DNA from: Parcubacteria group bacterium Gr01-1014_13
GTDB taxonomy: Bacteria > Patescibacteriota > Patescibacteriia > Magasanikbacterales > GWA2-37-8
Direction: 5' to 3'
Length of the DNA: 64,000 nt
NCBI GenBank assembly: GCA_007376295.1
Contig: VMGB01000002.1
Span: 2,843 to 66,842 of the forward strand
Made by a program: the position numbers and the translations under genes. Below are positions 54,345-64,000 of the stretch, in pieces. The notes under the pieces are model-generated. The model ran no database searches and was not told the origin of the DNA. It worked only from the letters and a program-made list of their open reading frames with translations. The first letter of the stretch is position 1. Every line of letters begins with the position of its first letter.

Positions 54345-54394
54345 TTATAAAAAACAAAAAATCCTCCAACTTATGGGGGATTTTTTTGTAGCGG

Positions 54395-55717
54395 TTAATT
54401 TCCCAAATCTTTTATATCCTGTTCATATTTGGCAGTCAGGGTCAAAACATTATCGCCATAAAAACGATATTTGGTATTGGTTCCTCCGGAGAAGTAACGC
54501 ATAGCTGCTTTCCATTGTCCGTCTTTAGTATTATTAGCTCCATTATTTTTTAAAAGCAGACCAGCAGCCATAAACGCATCGCGAATATCCCAAGGGTCAG
54601 CTGGACTTTTTCCGGTTAAAGCGCTGACTTTGTCTTTATATCCAATCCAAGTGGAAGGAATAAATTGAGCCGGTCCCATGGCTCCGCCCCAGCCTAGCTG
54701 ACTGCCATTTTTATTTTTCATGGGGCAAGAAACCGGAGTTATATCCGGATCACGGCCTAACTCTTCGGTAATTTTTTTAAATGGTTCCTGGTCACGAGCG
54801 GGCTTCATAATAACCCTCCAGCCTTTTTCGGGTGGATCGCCCGGCCGGTTGCAAGTGCCGACATTTTTCCCCAAGTTTGATTCTTGAGTGAGGATAGCCA
54901 GAAGAAATGCCGCTGGCACGCCGGTTTGGCTATCGGTTGCTTGAGCAATCGTAACGGCTTGGCCAAAAGTAATTTGAGTACCGACTCCCAATAATTCGTA
55001 AATACGGCTTCTGATTTCGGCCGCTTGTTTTTTACTATCCTTTAAAAGATTTTGGAAAGTGGTTTCCAGCCCTTGAGTCTGCTTCAGTAGTTGCGTTTGT
55101 TCGTCTAATTTGCCGACAAGAGAATTTTGTTGAATTTTAGCAATGCTTAAAAGTTCGCGAGTATCATCCTGTTGCTCTTCATAGGTTATTTGTTGGGAAT
55201 TTAATTGTTGTTCCGCTATTCTGGACTCTTGCACTAGGGCGCCAATAGAAGTGGATAATTTTTGGTAATTAGCTAATTCGGTAAATGCTTCATTTAAACC
55301 GCCATCAACCAAAAGCTTAAGCAAGAACAGTTCTTGATCTTTTTGATTTAAAAGTCGTAGCAATTTGGATAAATCTATTTTTAAACGCGCGATTTTGGCT
55401 TTGTTGGTCTCTATAGCTTTGACTGTGGTGGAAATTTTTTTATCTAAATCACCCAATTTAATATTGGTAGATTTAATCTGCAGACGCAGACGCTCTTGTT
55501 CGTTTTTGAGTTGTTTAATTTTATTTGCCAGAGTTTTTTTCTCGCCTTTAGTGGTGTTTAATTGTTGTTCTAGGGCCGTGATTTGGGTTTGAATGACTTG
55601 TAATTGTTGTTCCAGCTCTAGTCGGGCGGCTTCATCTGGTGCGGCGGCTGTTAAAATCGGGAAAACTAAAAAAATAACTAGGAGGGCGCCAATATATTTT
55701 TGCCAGAGTTTTTTCAT
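54395..55717 (-). CDS. coiled-coil + lytic transglycosylase (SLT domain) membrane-anchored cell-wall enzyme
   Basis: N-terminal TM, about 250 aa of heptad repeats. C-terminal ...LTQESNLG...GPAQFIPSTW is the SLT family 1 signature. Confidence 0.7.
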   Translation of the reverse strand: MKKLWQKYIGALLVIFLVFPILTAAAPDEAARLELEQQLQVIQTQITALEQQLNTTKGEKKTLANKIKQLKNEQERLRLQIKSTNIKLGDLDKKISTTVKAIETNKAKIARLKIDLSKLLRLLNQKDQELFLLKLLVDGGLNEAFTELANYQKLSTSIGALVQESRIAEQQLNSQQITYEEQQDDTRELLSIAKIQQNSLVGKLDEQTQLLKQTQGLETTFQNLLKDSKKQAAEIRSRIYELLGVGTQITFGQAVTIAQATDSQTGVPAAFLLAILTQESNLGKNVGTCNRPGDPPEKGWRVIMKPARDQEPFKKITEELGRDPDITPVSCPMKNKNGSQLGWGGAMGPAQFIPSTWIGYKDKVSALTGKSPADPWDIRDAFMAAGLLLKNNGANNTKDGQWKAAMRYFSGGTNTKYRFYGDNVLTLTAKYEQDIKDLGN

Positions 55718-55836
55718 AGTAGAGGTAGGATACCAACTTTTACTATATTTTTCAATTTATGCACAGTCTTCTAGCAGTTAAAGTTAATTTTTGTTATAAT
55801 TAAGTACAAGTTAATTTATTCATTTTTTTAAAGCTT

Positions 55837-58443
55837 ATGTTCAAGCTTAAGGAAATTCTCAAATTCGGCGCGTTGTCGCTGGCTTTGAGTTTGGTTATAA
55901 TATTTTCTGCGCAAGCGCAGACCGCAACGGATACAAGCTCTGGTTCTACAACACAGACCCATGACGAGCAGTGTTTAAGTGGTGGCGGAAAATTGTGTAA
56001 GAATTCAGACGGGAGCAATTGGTGTTCTTACTCTACGAGTCCTTGTCCAGCTTATGACACAGCCAGCTGTTCTTCGCAAGGCGGAGAATGGTGCAATTAT
56101 GCTGGCACTACCAATGGTTATTGCGCCAGCACTCCTGGAAGTTGTCCTATAAACGATGAAGCGGGTTGTACGGCCAAGAGTAGGCCATGGTGCAAGTATA
56201 GCACTGGCGGTTCTGGTTATGGTGGAGGATGGTGCGCCGAGGTGGGGTATAAGTGCCCGGCCTATGACGAACCTTCCTGTGTCGCGCAAGGTAGTGAATG
56301 GTGCACATCTTCATACGGATCCGGATGGTGCAGTACCACACCTGGAAGTTGTCCGGTAAATGATAAGGCGACTTGTGAATCAAAAAGCAGAACATGGTGT
56401 GTTGATAGTAGTTCATATAGTACTAGTGGCGGTTGGTGCGCTAATACCGGCAGCACCTGTCCGAGCAGTTCCACAAGCACAACTCCTACCCCAACACCTG
56501 TATACCCAATTTCTTCCTGGCCAAATACAGAAAGCGATTGTACGAAATATAAAGGTGTTTGGTGTGTAAATACATATACCAGTGGTTATGGCACGATGTC
56601 CGGCTCTTGTATGACGGCAGGGCAAACCTGTTATGTGACTCCTCCGTCTGGAAAAATGAGTTGCTGGGATGGTTCTTTTGTGGACACATATTCCAGTTGT
56701 CCGTCCACTCCTACCACCAAAAGTGATTGTGAAACAAAAGGAAACAAATGGTGTGATTCGTCCACTGTTTCCACTTACAGTACTTATAGTTCCGGTTGGT
56801 GTACTGGAAAAACTCAAAACTGTCCCGCTTATCCTCCGGTCGGAAAAATGACTTGTCCGGATGGCGTTACTTTTGCTACAACCTTAACCGAGTGTCCGAC
56901 TGCTGGGACAACTTTGATTTCACCAACTCTAAAAACTTGCCCAGACGGATCTATTGTAGATAAATCATGGGTATGTCCGGTAGTTCTCATTATTTGTTCA
57001 GATGGCACTAAACTTAGAGACTCAACTGACTGTCCGGTAAAAACCGACGACAGCGTATCTGTTTGTCTTAACAAGAAAGGTGTCTGGTGTTTGGATAAAG
57101 CGGGCGGGAGCGGGTATTGCGCGTTAGAGGGCAGATGTAAGACAGATTTACCAGATGAAAAAGAGGTGCTTGATGCCAAGCAAATTAAACTAATAGAAAG
57201 CATGAAGAAAGATTATGCGCGTAATCTGGATACTTTGGAAAAAACATTTAAACGCTTGGAAGATACAGAATCATTGGCAAAAATTGCGGCCCTGAAGGAA
57301 AAATTAGCTTCATTGCCATCTGACACATCTGTTTTTGATGCCTTGGAAGCTATGAAAGACGACATCATGACTCTGCGTGAGGTAAAGGATGATTTAATTA
57401 GCAAAAAAGGCGAGATTGAAATGTCGGAACGGGATTTGGAGATGCAAGCAAAAGCCTTAAAACAGATGAAGAAGAATATGCTTGCTTTTGAAAAGCAGCT
57501 TAAGAAAATGGATACAAAGGCCGCTGCGCTAAAAAAACAAGGGTTTAGTTTGCCCAGCGCGCTTGAGGACATTTTAACGCAAGGAAAAGTATTGATGGGA
57601 AAAATCAAAGCCAGTACAAATTTTGAGGAAGCGCGCGATGCTGGGGAATCGCTGGCTGAATTAAGTGAAGATTTGAATTTATGGGCAATAAATATTGACC
57701 AGTTGGTAAAAATAAGTTCTGTGCTTAGGAATATAAATGGGCAGATTACCAACCGAGAATCAGCTCTTAAGAGTGTAAAGGCGCTGGCCACAAGATTAAA
57801 AGTTGATTTGCAAGCAAATTTGGACGACGTTAGCGCGACACTTGCCTCTGTTCGGGAAGCGTATGGCCAATTAAAGACAAGGGCATGGGGGGAAGAAGAG
57901 CCATTTGAATTTGTTCAATCAGCCATCATTGATAAGCTGGAAAATGCGGATAATGACATGGCCAATATCAGGGCCCTTGCCAACCTGAAGGCCTCGGTAA
58001 ATAAAATAGCGACCCAAATCAAGAACTTTGATACCAGAATTGCTCGTCTGGTAAAACAAAAGAAAGATGTGGCGGAATTGGCGAGTCTTGTTGATCAATT
58101 AAAAGAAGTTCATGGTGAGCTAAAAGCATTAGCTGGAGAAAAATTGGCTAACTTGGATCTGGATAATGTGCTTGAAAAATTAGGCGCCGCGAACTCTTTA
58201 ATGGAAGAAATTAATGACTTGTTAAAGATTAGCGCTCCTTCTATTCTGGAGAGACAGTTGAAACAAAATTTTAAAGTGGAGAAAATAAATGTTCCAGAAG
58301 TTGAAAAAGAAGTAATCCGCGCTTATAGGGTCGCCACATTCTTCCGCAGAGCTCCTGCACAGATGGCAGAATACGTAAGTTCTATAAAGGAAGCCGGTGT
58401 TAATACTATTAACCGATGGAGAAATCGTTTGGCGATTGATTAG
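55837..58443 (+). CDS. secreted protein: N-terminal Cys-rich tandem repeats (C-x-S-x-G-G-E-W-C ... G-x-G-W-C ... G-S-C-P) and a C-terminal about 400-aa coiled coil
   Basis: Signal peptide. At least 8 repeats of roughly 30-60 aa, each with an invariant WC and CP. Long heptad-repeat C-terminal half. Confidence 0.6.
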   Translation: MFKLKEILKFGALSLALSLVIIFSAQAQTATDTSSGSTTQTHDEQCLSGGGKLCKNSDGSNWCSYSTSPCPAYDTASCSSQGGEWCNYAGTTNGYCASTPGSCPINDEAGCTAKSRPWCKYSTGGSGYGGGWCAEVGYKCPAYDEPSCVAQGSEWCTSSYGSGWCSTTPGSCPVNDKATCESKSRTWCVDSSSYSTSGGWCANTGSTCPSSSTSTTPTPTPVYPISSWPNTESDCTKYKGVWCVNTYTSGYGTMSGSCMTAGQTCYVTPPSGKMSCWDGSFVDTYSSCPSTPTTKSDCETKGNKWCDSSTVSTYSTYSSGWCTGKTQNCPAYPPVGKMTCPDGVTFATTLTECPTAGTTLISPTLKTCPDGSIVDKSWVCPVVLIICSDGTKLRDSTDCPVKTDDSVSVCLNKKGVWCLDKAGGSGYCALEGRCKTDLPDEKEVLDAKQIKLIESMKKDYARNLDTLEKTFKRLEDTESLAKIAALKEKLASLPSDTSVFDALEAMKDDIMTLREVKDDLISKKGEIEMSERDLEMQAKALKQMKKNMLAFEKQLKKMDTKAAALKKQGFSLPSALEDILTQGKVLMGKIKASTNFEEARDAGESLAELSEDLNLWAINIDQLVKISSVLRNINGQITNRESALKSVKALATRLKVDLQANLDDVSATLASVREAYGQLKTRAWGEEEPFEFVQSAIIDKLENADNDMANIRALANLKASVNKIATQIKNFDTRIARLVKQKKDVAELASLVDQLKEVHGELKALAGEKLANLDLDNVLEKLGAANSLMEEINDLLKISAPSILERQLKQNFKVEKINVPEVEKEVIRAYRVATFFRRAPAQMAEYVSSIKEAGVNTINRWRNRLAID

Positions 58444-58584
58444 TAATTGAAATTAAAAAAAGACCCGCCTGGTTTTTATCGGGCGGGTCTTTTTTATGGA
58501 CAAGTAGTATTGATTTTGATATATTTAATATTATATCGCAATTGACTTTACGCATAGATTTTGTGTTTAATTTTATAGATTAGT

Positions 58585-61500
58585 GTGATTAGCTTGAGAA
58601 ATTTATTTTTAACTTTGGTACGGGGCAGAAATGGAAAGCGCCTTTTCGCTTTTCTTTTAGTGTTATCATTGCTTTTTCAGAATTTCTTATTTCTAGTTCC
58701 CTCCGTATCTGCTGTAGATTGGTATAGTTCGGAGTGGTCTTACCGGAAACCAATTACCATCAACAACTCAAGTAACTCCGAGTCTTTGACGAACTATCAA
58801 GTGCAAGTTTCTCTTGACTCTTCTAATTTTGATTTTTCAAAAGCGTTGAGTAGCGGGAATGATATCCGATTTACAGATGACGATGGGGACACCCTTATCA
58901 GTCACCACACTGAAAGTTACGACTCAAGCTCGCAAACAGGAACAATTTGGGTCAAAGTACCATCAATCTCTGCTTCTTCTAACAAAACTATATATATGTA
59001 CTATGGCAATTCGTCAGCCACTAGCACATCAAACGCCAATGATACATGGGTTTTATACGATGAATTCACCAGTGGCAGCACTATTACAACAAGCAGTATC
59101 TATACGGCAGTAGAAAACGCAATCGGCGAAGAAACAGGAAGTGATGGCGGAGCTCTCTACGATTTAGATCAAGACGGTAAGATGGATATGGTGGTTTCGG
59201 CAGAAGAAGGCGGAAAAATTATGTGGTACAAACAGGTGTCCTCAACTTCATGGACAGAGTTTACGATTACCAGCGGATGGGGAGGAGGGCCAGAAGATGT
59301 GGATGCAGGAGATTTAGATAATGATTCTGATACAGATCTAGCTTTTGTTACTGATTTAGAAGGGGATGTTGTCATCGCAATAAATACTACGACAGCAACT
59401 ACCACTCCATGGACTACAAGAGTGCTGTTAGCTGGAGCAACAAGTGTAAATAGGCCAATAAATACCAAACTCACAGATGTAAATGGCGATGGCTACAAAG
59501 ATATTATTTATGCGGACAAAGGATCCACCTCAAGCAAGTATGTATGGCTTGAGAATCCCGACGGTGATACTTTGTCAGGGACGTGGCTTCCCCATATCAT
59601 GACTACAAGTACTAATGCAAACGGAGCTTTTGAAGTAACGTTGGTTGACTGGGATTCAGATGGAGATACTGATGTATTAGGATCAGGAAGAGACTCTAAT
59701 GATATATTTTGGCTTGAACACCCTGCAGATCCGGCAGCGATATGGACACTTAATCGTATCGCTACAGATATAGTTACTGATCCCACAGAAGTAGAAACAG
59801 CCGATATTGATAGAGATGGAGATAATGATGTAGTAGTCACTGCATTTACAGGCCAACAAGTTGTTTGGTTTAGAAATGAAGGAAATAATAACTTTACAGA
59901 TTTTTTAGTATCCAATACTACTAGCACTGTTCAAGGACTTGGCCTCTATGATGTCGATGGTGACGGCCAGACAGAAATTGTCGTTGCAGACTACATAAGC
60001 ACCGACAACACTTCAAGTATCCATATTTTTGAACCCAATAACGGGGTAACAGAAACTTGGACGCCTTTCGCCTTGATAAACAATATAACCTCAGGTGATG
60101 AGATATTTTTTCATGATGTAGACAGCGATGGTACGGTAGAACTTTTTACGACTAGCAATGACCGATCTTTTACTGCTGCAGGCGGGAGAACGTTTTGGCT
60201 GGATCTTACTATTGGAGCCTCTTCAATCGGTACAGTCAGTACCAGTAAATGGGCTGTGGGGCCAGCATATCCTAGTATTTCAGGCGGAGTTGCTTCCCTC
60301 GATGAGAACAAGCATATTAGGACTGTATCAAAACTTGGACAGTCAGAAAAACTGATTGTCGAGACAAGGGTGAGAAATTCTTCAGGAGATCCACAGCTCT
60401 CAAATACATTTTCCGATCATGCGCGAAGTTTAGATTTTAACGGAGGGGATTATGTAAAGATACCCGATCATGCCGACTTTGATTTAACTAATGGCACGCT
60501 AGAGTTTTGGTTTAAGCCTGATGGTGGCTGGGATGGCACAGATTCTAACAGCCAGTTTGTTTTTAGCAAGAATGCTTCTGTAGCTGCAGCAGGAGATCTT
60601 CAGTTAACTTTAGCCGGATCAGGTACGCCATCTGAGGCAGGCAAGTTAAAGTTTTCCATACATGGTGGTGGATCATTTCGAAATATTTTTTCCGGTTCTA
60701 CGTCCTGGAATGATCAGTGGTATCATGTCGCTGCTACTTGGGGCAGTGCAGGCATAAAGATGTATGTTGATGGCGCATTACAAACTAGCACGCATGCCAA
60801 CACCAGTTCATCCATGAATAATGCGCAAGACTTTTATATAGGTACACGGGCAACAGCTCCCACAAATGCAAATACGTCGTTTGATGGAAAACTTGATGAT
60901 GTCCGGATATGGAATACAGCCAGAACTATAACAGAAATTCAAAATAATAAGGACCAGGAGTTAAATGGAGATGAAAGTGGATTGTATTTTTATTGGAAAT
61001 TTAATGATGTTGGAACCCAGAATACGCTTGATTCAACCGATAGAGGTCATACCGGAGATTTAGGTGTGGGTGGACTTGTAGATTCTGGCGATCCGGCGTG
61101 GCCAACCGATTATTGGAATTCAAGTATTTTTATAAAAGAAAACAATAGCGCGTTTGGCTATCCAAGTTCATCGCTTGAAGTGTGGAGTGCTGTCGACGAA
61201 ATTGGCAGAATGGTTTGGTTTACAAGTTCTTCGCAAAGTAACGATGCCAGCACGCGAGCGGGCTGGGAAACATATCGTTGGTTTTGGGAATCTGATAAAT
61301 TAAGAGGGTATAGGGTAGATAGCACAACTCAAAGTTTCTCTCAGGATTTTACAGCCCTTTATGGAAGTTATTTGGATGGATATTTTAACTATGGCGGAAC
61401 ACAGCCAACTGCAGCGGGCGGATTTTATTTAGAATTTTTTACGGATTCTCCTACCCAAAGCACAGAAATTGATTATGTAAAAGTGCGTAAATATACTGCA

Positions 61501-62022
61501 ACCGAGCCATCCACTTCGGTTGGAAGTGAAGAGGATAATGCTCCTGCATCTGGCACAACTCCGACAAGTTACGTAATTCTTTCTCCTTTTTCTCCCTCTA
61601 AATTAATTGAAATGTCCAACCAATTGTTTAATACATTAGTTAATCAGCCAAACTCTGTGCAGCCAAAATTAGAACCGGTTATACCAGTTATACCAACACC
61701 AACACAAGAAGATCAGGAGGTGCCCGTTCCAACGCCAACAAAACAGATAAGCATTCCTATAGAATCTCCTAGCGGAAACTCGGGTAGCGTCAAAGTGATC
61801 GAGAATACCAGAACACCTGTCGAAGTAGTTACAGCAACTTTGTTTTTAACTCCGGAGGCAGCAACCACAAGCAAAAAAGAAGAAGTTATAAATGTTAAGG
61901 ATGTTGAAACCAAACAAAAAGCTTCAGCTTTTCGTAGTGCATACAAATCAATTGCTAATGCTGTAGGTTCGATATTTACTGCCATTTCTAATCTTTTTGC
62001 AAAGATGAAATGGAAATTATAG
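58585..62022 (+). CDS. giant (1145 aa) surface protein: DUF2341-like N-terminus, FG-GAP/VCBS beta-propeller repeats, LamG/ConA-like lectin domain, Pro/Thr-rich stalk, C-terminal hydrophobic tail
   Basis: FG-GAP calcium-binding repeats (DLDQDGKMDMV, VDWDSDGDTDV, DIDRDGDNDVV, YDVDGDGQTEIV). LamG block (LDFNGGDYVKIPDHADFDLTNGTLEFWFKPD ... FDGKLDDVRIWNTARTITEI). Confidence 0.7.
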   Translation: MISLRNLFLTLVRGRNGKRLFAFLLVLSLLFQNFLFLVPSVSAVDWYSSEWSYRKPITINNSSNSESLTNYQVQVSLDSSNFDFSKALSSGNDIRFTDDDGDTLISHHTESYDSSSQTGTIWVKVPSISASSNKTIYMYYGNSSATSTSNANDTWVLYDEFTSGSTITTSSIYTAVENAIGEETGSDGGALYDLDQDGKMDMVVSAEEGGKIMWYKQVSSTSWTEFTITSGWGGGPEDVDAGDLDNDSDTDLAFVTDLEGDVVIAINTTTATTTPWTTRVLLAGATSVNRPINTKLTDVNGDGYKDIIYADKGSTSSKYVWLENPDGDTLSGTWLPHIMTTSTNANGAFEVTLVDWDSDGDTDVLGSGRDSNDIFWLEHPADPAAIWTLNRIATDIVTDPTEVETADIDRDGDNDVVVTAFTGQQVVWFRNEGNNNFTDFLVSNTTSTVQGLGLYDVDGDGQTEIVVADYISTDNTSSIHIFEPNNGVTETWTPFALINNITSGDEIFFHDVDSDGTVELFTTSNDRSFTAAGGRTFWLDLTIGASSIGTVSTSKWAVGPAYPSISGGVASLDENKHIRTVSKLGQSEKLIVETRVRNSSGDPQLSNTFSDHARSLDFNGGDYVKIPDHADFDLTNGTLEFWFKPDGGWDGTDSNSQFVFSKNASVAAAGDLQLTLAGSGTPSEAGKLKFSIHGGGSFRNIFSGSTSWNDQWYHVAATWGSAGIKMYVDGALQTSTHANTSSSMNNAQDFYIGTRATAPTNANTSFDGKLDDVRIWNTARTITEIQNNKDQELNGDESGLYFYWKFNDVGTQNTLDSTDRGHTGDLGVGGLVDSGDPAWPTDYWNSSIFIKENNSAFGYPSSSLEVWSAVDEIGRMVWFTSSSQSNDASTRAGWETYRWFWESDKLRGYRVDSTTQSFSQDFTALYGSYLDGYFNYGGTQPTAAGGFYLEFFTDSPTQSTEIDYVKVRKYTATEPSTSVGSEEDNAPASGTTPTSYVILSPFSPSKLIEMSNQLFNTLVNQPNSVQPKLEPVIPVIPTPTQEDQEVPVPTPTKQISIPIESPSGNSGSVKVIENTRTPVEVVTATLFLTPEAATTSKKEEVINVKDVETKQKASAFRSAYKSIANAVGSIFTAISNLFAKMKWKL

Positions 62023-62071
62023 ATGGGTCTTTAATGGACAAGCGAAGAATATTTTGTTACAGTAATGTCCT

Positions 62072-62617
62072 ATGAAAAAAGAACGCCTCGGCCCCGTAAA
62101 ACAAGTTTTTAAAGGAACTATCTTTAATATTTTGCAAAGAGACGTCTTTTTTCCCAATGGAAAAAAGAAACTTTTTGAATTTTGCGTGCGTCCAGATTCT
62201 GTTACAATTTTGCCATTTGATAGCCAGGGAAGACTACTTTTAATAAAAGAATACAGGCACGGTTTTCGCAAGAATGTTTGGTTTTTGCCAGCCGGAAGAA
62301 TTGATAAAGGCGAGTCGCCGCTAGAGGCAGCTAAAAGAGAACTGCGTGAAGAAACCGGGTTAGGCGCAAAAATTTTTAAAAAAATTTATCAAAAATCTCC
62401 AAGCAATACTTTGATTTGGGATATCCATATCTATGCTGCCAAGAATTTGTTTCCGGCGCCGTTAAAGGGCGACGAGGATTATCCGATAAAAGTAGTGCCG
62501 ACTCCTTTTGCCAAAGCGCTAAAAATGGCATTGGACGGTACGATAAAGAACGAATTTATCGCTTTTCATATTATTAAGTTTGATTACATGCTTAAGCATG
62601 GGCAGTTTAAGTGGTAA
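62072..62617 (+). CDS. NUDIX hydrolase
   Basis: Nudix box GRIDKGESPLEAAKRELREETGL. Confidence 0.85.
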   Translation: MKKERLGPVKQVFKGTIFNILQRDVFFPNGKKKLFEFCVRPDSVTILPFDSQGRLLLIKEYRHGFRKNVWFLPAGRIDKGESPLEAAKRELREETGLGAKIFKKIYQKSPSNTLIWDIHIYAAKNLFPAPLKGDEDYPIKVVPTPFAKALKMALDGTIKNEFIAFHIIKFDYMLKHGQFKW

Positions 62618-62620
62618 TTT

Positions 62621-63895
62621 ATGGTTGTTGCTTTAGTGGCAATTTATTTTTTACTTTTTTTCTTACTGGCTTGGAAAAATTTTCGTTTGGCGTTTGTTTT
62701 TTTTATAATTCTTCTTCCTACTTATCTTATACGATTTCAAGTTGGGCCGTTACCATCTACGGTTTTAGAGTTATCTTTTGGCGCTTTATTTTTAGTCTGG
62801 CTCATTAAATACAGTCGGTATGATTATAAAAATATTTGGGCGGTAAGCCAAAAACATAAGCTGTTATTTATTGCCTTTGATATATTTTTTCTTTCTTCCA
62901 TAGTCAGTATCTTTGTTAGCGACATGTGGTGGTTTTCGTTGGGTGAATGGCGTGCTTACTTTTTAGAGCCAATGATCCTGTTTTTGATTTTGGTGGGACG
63001 AAAAAACGCTGTAAAAATATCGGACTTGGTTTGGGGTTTGGCGCTTTCGACAGTTAGTATTAGCTCTTACTCGGTAGTACAAAAATTTACCGGTTGGGGT
63101 ATAGCTACTCCTGAATGGACCGATGAAGCAACTCGCAGAGTGACGGCTTTTTTTAGTTCTCCCAACGCCGTGGCCTTATATCTGGCACCGATATTTATTC
63201 TGGTAATTTTTTTAATTATAAATAAAAAGGAAAAGCCTAAGAATTTAGAGTTTTGGGGTGCGGTTGTAATAGGGGTATTATCACTTCTAACAATAGTTTT
63301 CACCAAGTCTCAAGGCGCCTGGGTAGGGTTGGCAGCCGCAGTGTTAGCCTTTTTATTTTTTGTTGGCTACAAGAAAATAGCTATAGCTATGGCAGTTTTG
63401 GGTGTAATTTTTGCTTTGGTTGTACCCCCGATGCGGCAAGCTGTTTTATTCCAAGACCAGGCCAACCAAAACCGTTTGCGGCTTTGGGGTTATTCTTGGA
63501 CATTTCTTGGTCATTCACCCAAGAATTTTGTTTTAGGTACAGGCGTGCGGCAGTTTTTTAGAAAAGTGCAAAAGCCATACTATGACAAAATAGTTATGGA
63601 GAGGTTAATTTATCCTCACAATATTTTTATTAATTTTTGGACAGAGACAGGTCTTTTGGGGATGCTGGCAATAACTACAATATTGGGGTATACTTTTTAT
63701 CTGGCCAACAAAATAAGAAAGACTAATAAATTAATGGGTGCCGCGCTTTTAGGCGTGCTGACAGTATTGGTGGTACACGGTTTGGTAGATGTGCCATATT
63801 TCAAAAACGACCTATCATTTTTATTTTGGATAATTATCGCGTTTCCATTTTTTTATCATGAAAATTTTTATCAAAGCCAAACCAATGTCGCATGA
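62621..63895 (+). CDS. O-antigen ligase/Wzy_C-like polytopic membrane protein
   Basis: About 12 TM helices. GTGVRQFF...YPHNIFINFWTETGLLG signature loop. Confidence 0.7.
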   Translation: MVVALVAIYFLLFFLLAWKNFRLAFVFFIILLPTYLIRFQVGPLPSTVLELSFGALFLVWLIKYSRYDYKNIWAVSQKHKLLFIAFDIFFLSSIVSIFVSDMWWFSLGEWRAYFLEPMILFLILVGRKNAVKISDLVWGLALSTVSISSYSVVQKFTGWGIATPEWTDEATRRVTAFFSSPNAVALYLAPIFILVIFLIINKKEKPKNLEFWGAVVIGVLSLLTIVFTKSQGAWVGLAAAVLAFLFFVGYKKIAIAMAVLGVIFALVVPPMRQAVLFQDQANQNRLRLWGYSWTFLGHSPKNFVLGTGVRQFFRKVQKPYYDKIVMERLIYPHNIFINFWTETGLLGMLAITTILGYTFYLANKIRKTNKLMGAALLGVLTVLVVHGLVDVPYFKNDLSFLFWIIIAFPFFYHENFYQSQTNVA

Positions 63896-64000
63896 GGAAA
63901 AAGTTGAGAAAATCGAAGGGTCTCATTTTTTGGTTTGTGTACCCGAACCTCCACAGAATGGGCTGGCAAACAAAGGGATTGTGAGAGCTTTGGCAAAATA
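63885..64000 (+). CDS. DUF167 (YggU-like) protein, partial (runs off the window)
   Basis: MSHEEKVEKIEGSHFLVCVPEPPQNGLANKGIVRALAK... ATG overlaps the stop of the upstream gene. Confidence 0.4.
   Translation, partial: MSHEEKVEKIEGSHFLVCVPEPPQNGLANKGIVRALAK

Noticed and set aside
1-64000. CRISPR arrays, rRNA genes, transposases/integrases.
   Set aside because: No regularly spaced direct repeats with unique spacers, no rRNA-like conserved stretches, and no transposase/integrase-like ORFs were found. The only repeats are short iteron-like, operator-like and microsatellite-like elements.

Overview
This 64 kb window is low-GC (about 35-40%), encodes many small proteins and giant surface proteins, and has the reduced gene content typical of a Patescibacteria/CPR-type genome. 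It contains the replication-origin neighbourhood (rnpA-rpmH on the minus strand, then dnaA and dnaN on the plus strand, with DnaA-box-rich spacers) and housekeeping genes: polA, holA, rmuC, rpsT, tig, nfo, guaB, rarA, uppP, lspA, a class A PBP, a membrane pyrophosphatase, PPIase, yidD and a DksA/TraR-like protein. There are five tRNAs (Arg-CCT, Ala-CGC, Cys-GCA, Ser-TGA, Ser-CGA), a DinJ/YafQ toxin-antitoxin pair, a BlaI/BlaR1-like pair and a TipA/MerR stress-gene cluster. Two very large secreted proteins are present, one with FG-GAP, LamG and lamin-tail domains and one with Cys-rich repeats. Most striking are several short, GC-rich, self-contained transcription units. Each has a near-perfect TTGACA-17-TATAAT promoter and its own intrinsic terminator, and they sit next to tRNA genes or oriC; they look like acquired small genes or sRNAs. 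A ~340 nt structured RNA candidate is transcribed divergently from a control region packed with perfect DnaA boxes and palindromic TGTATACA operators. A secreted/membrane Cys-rich cluster contains two unrelated proteins that end in the identical tail NAP[G/D]MVGGC. No CRISPR array or rRNA was seen. All functional calls rest on my reading of translated motifs and sequence signals, and no database search was possible.
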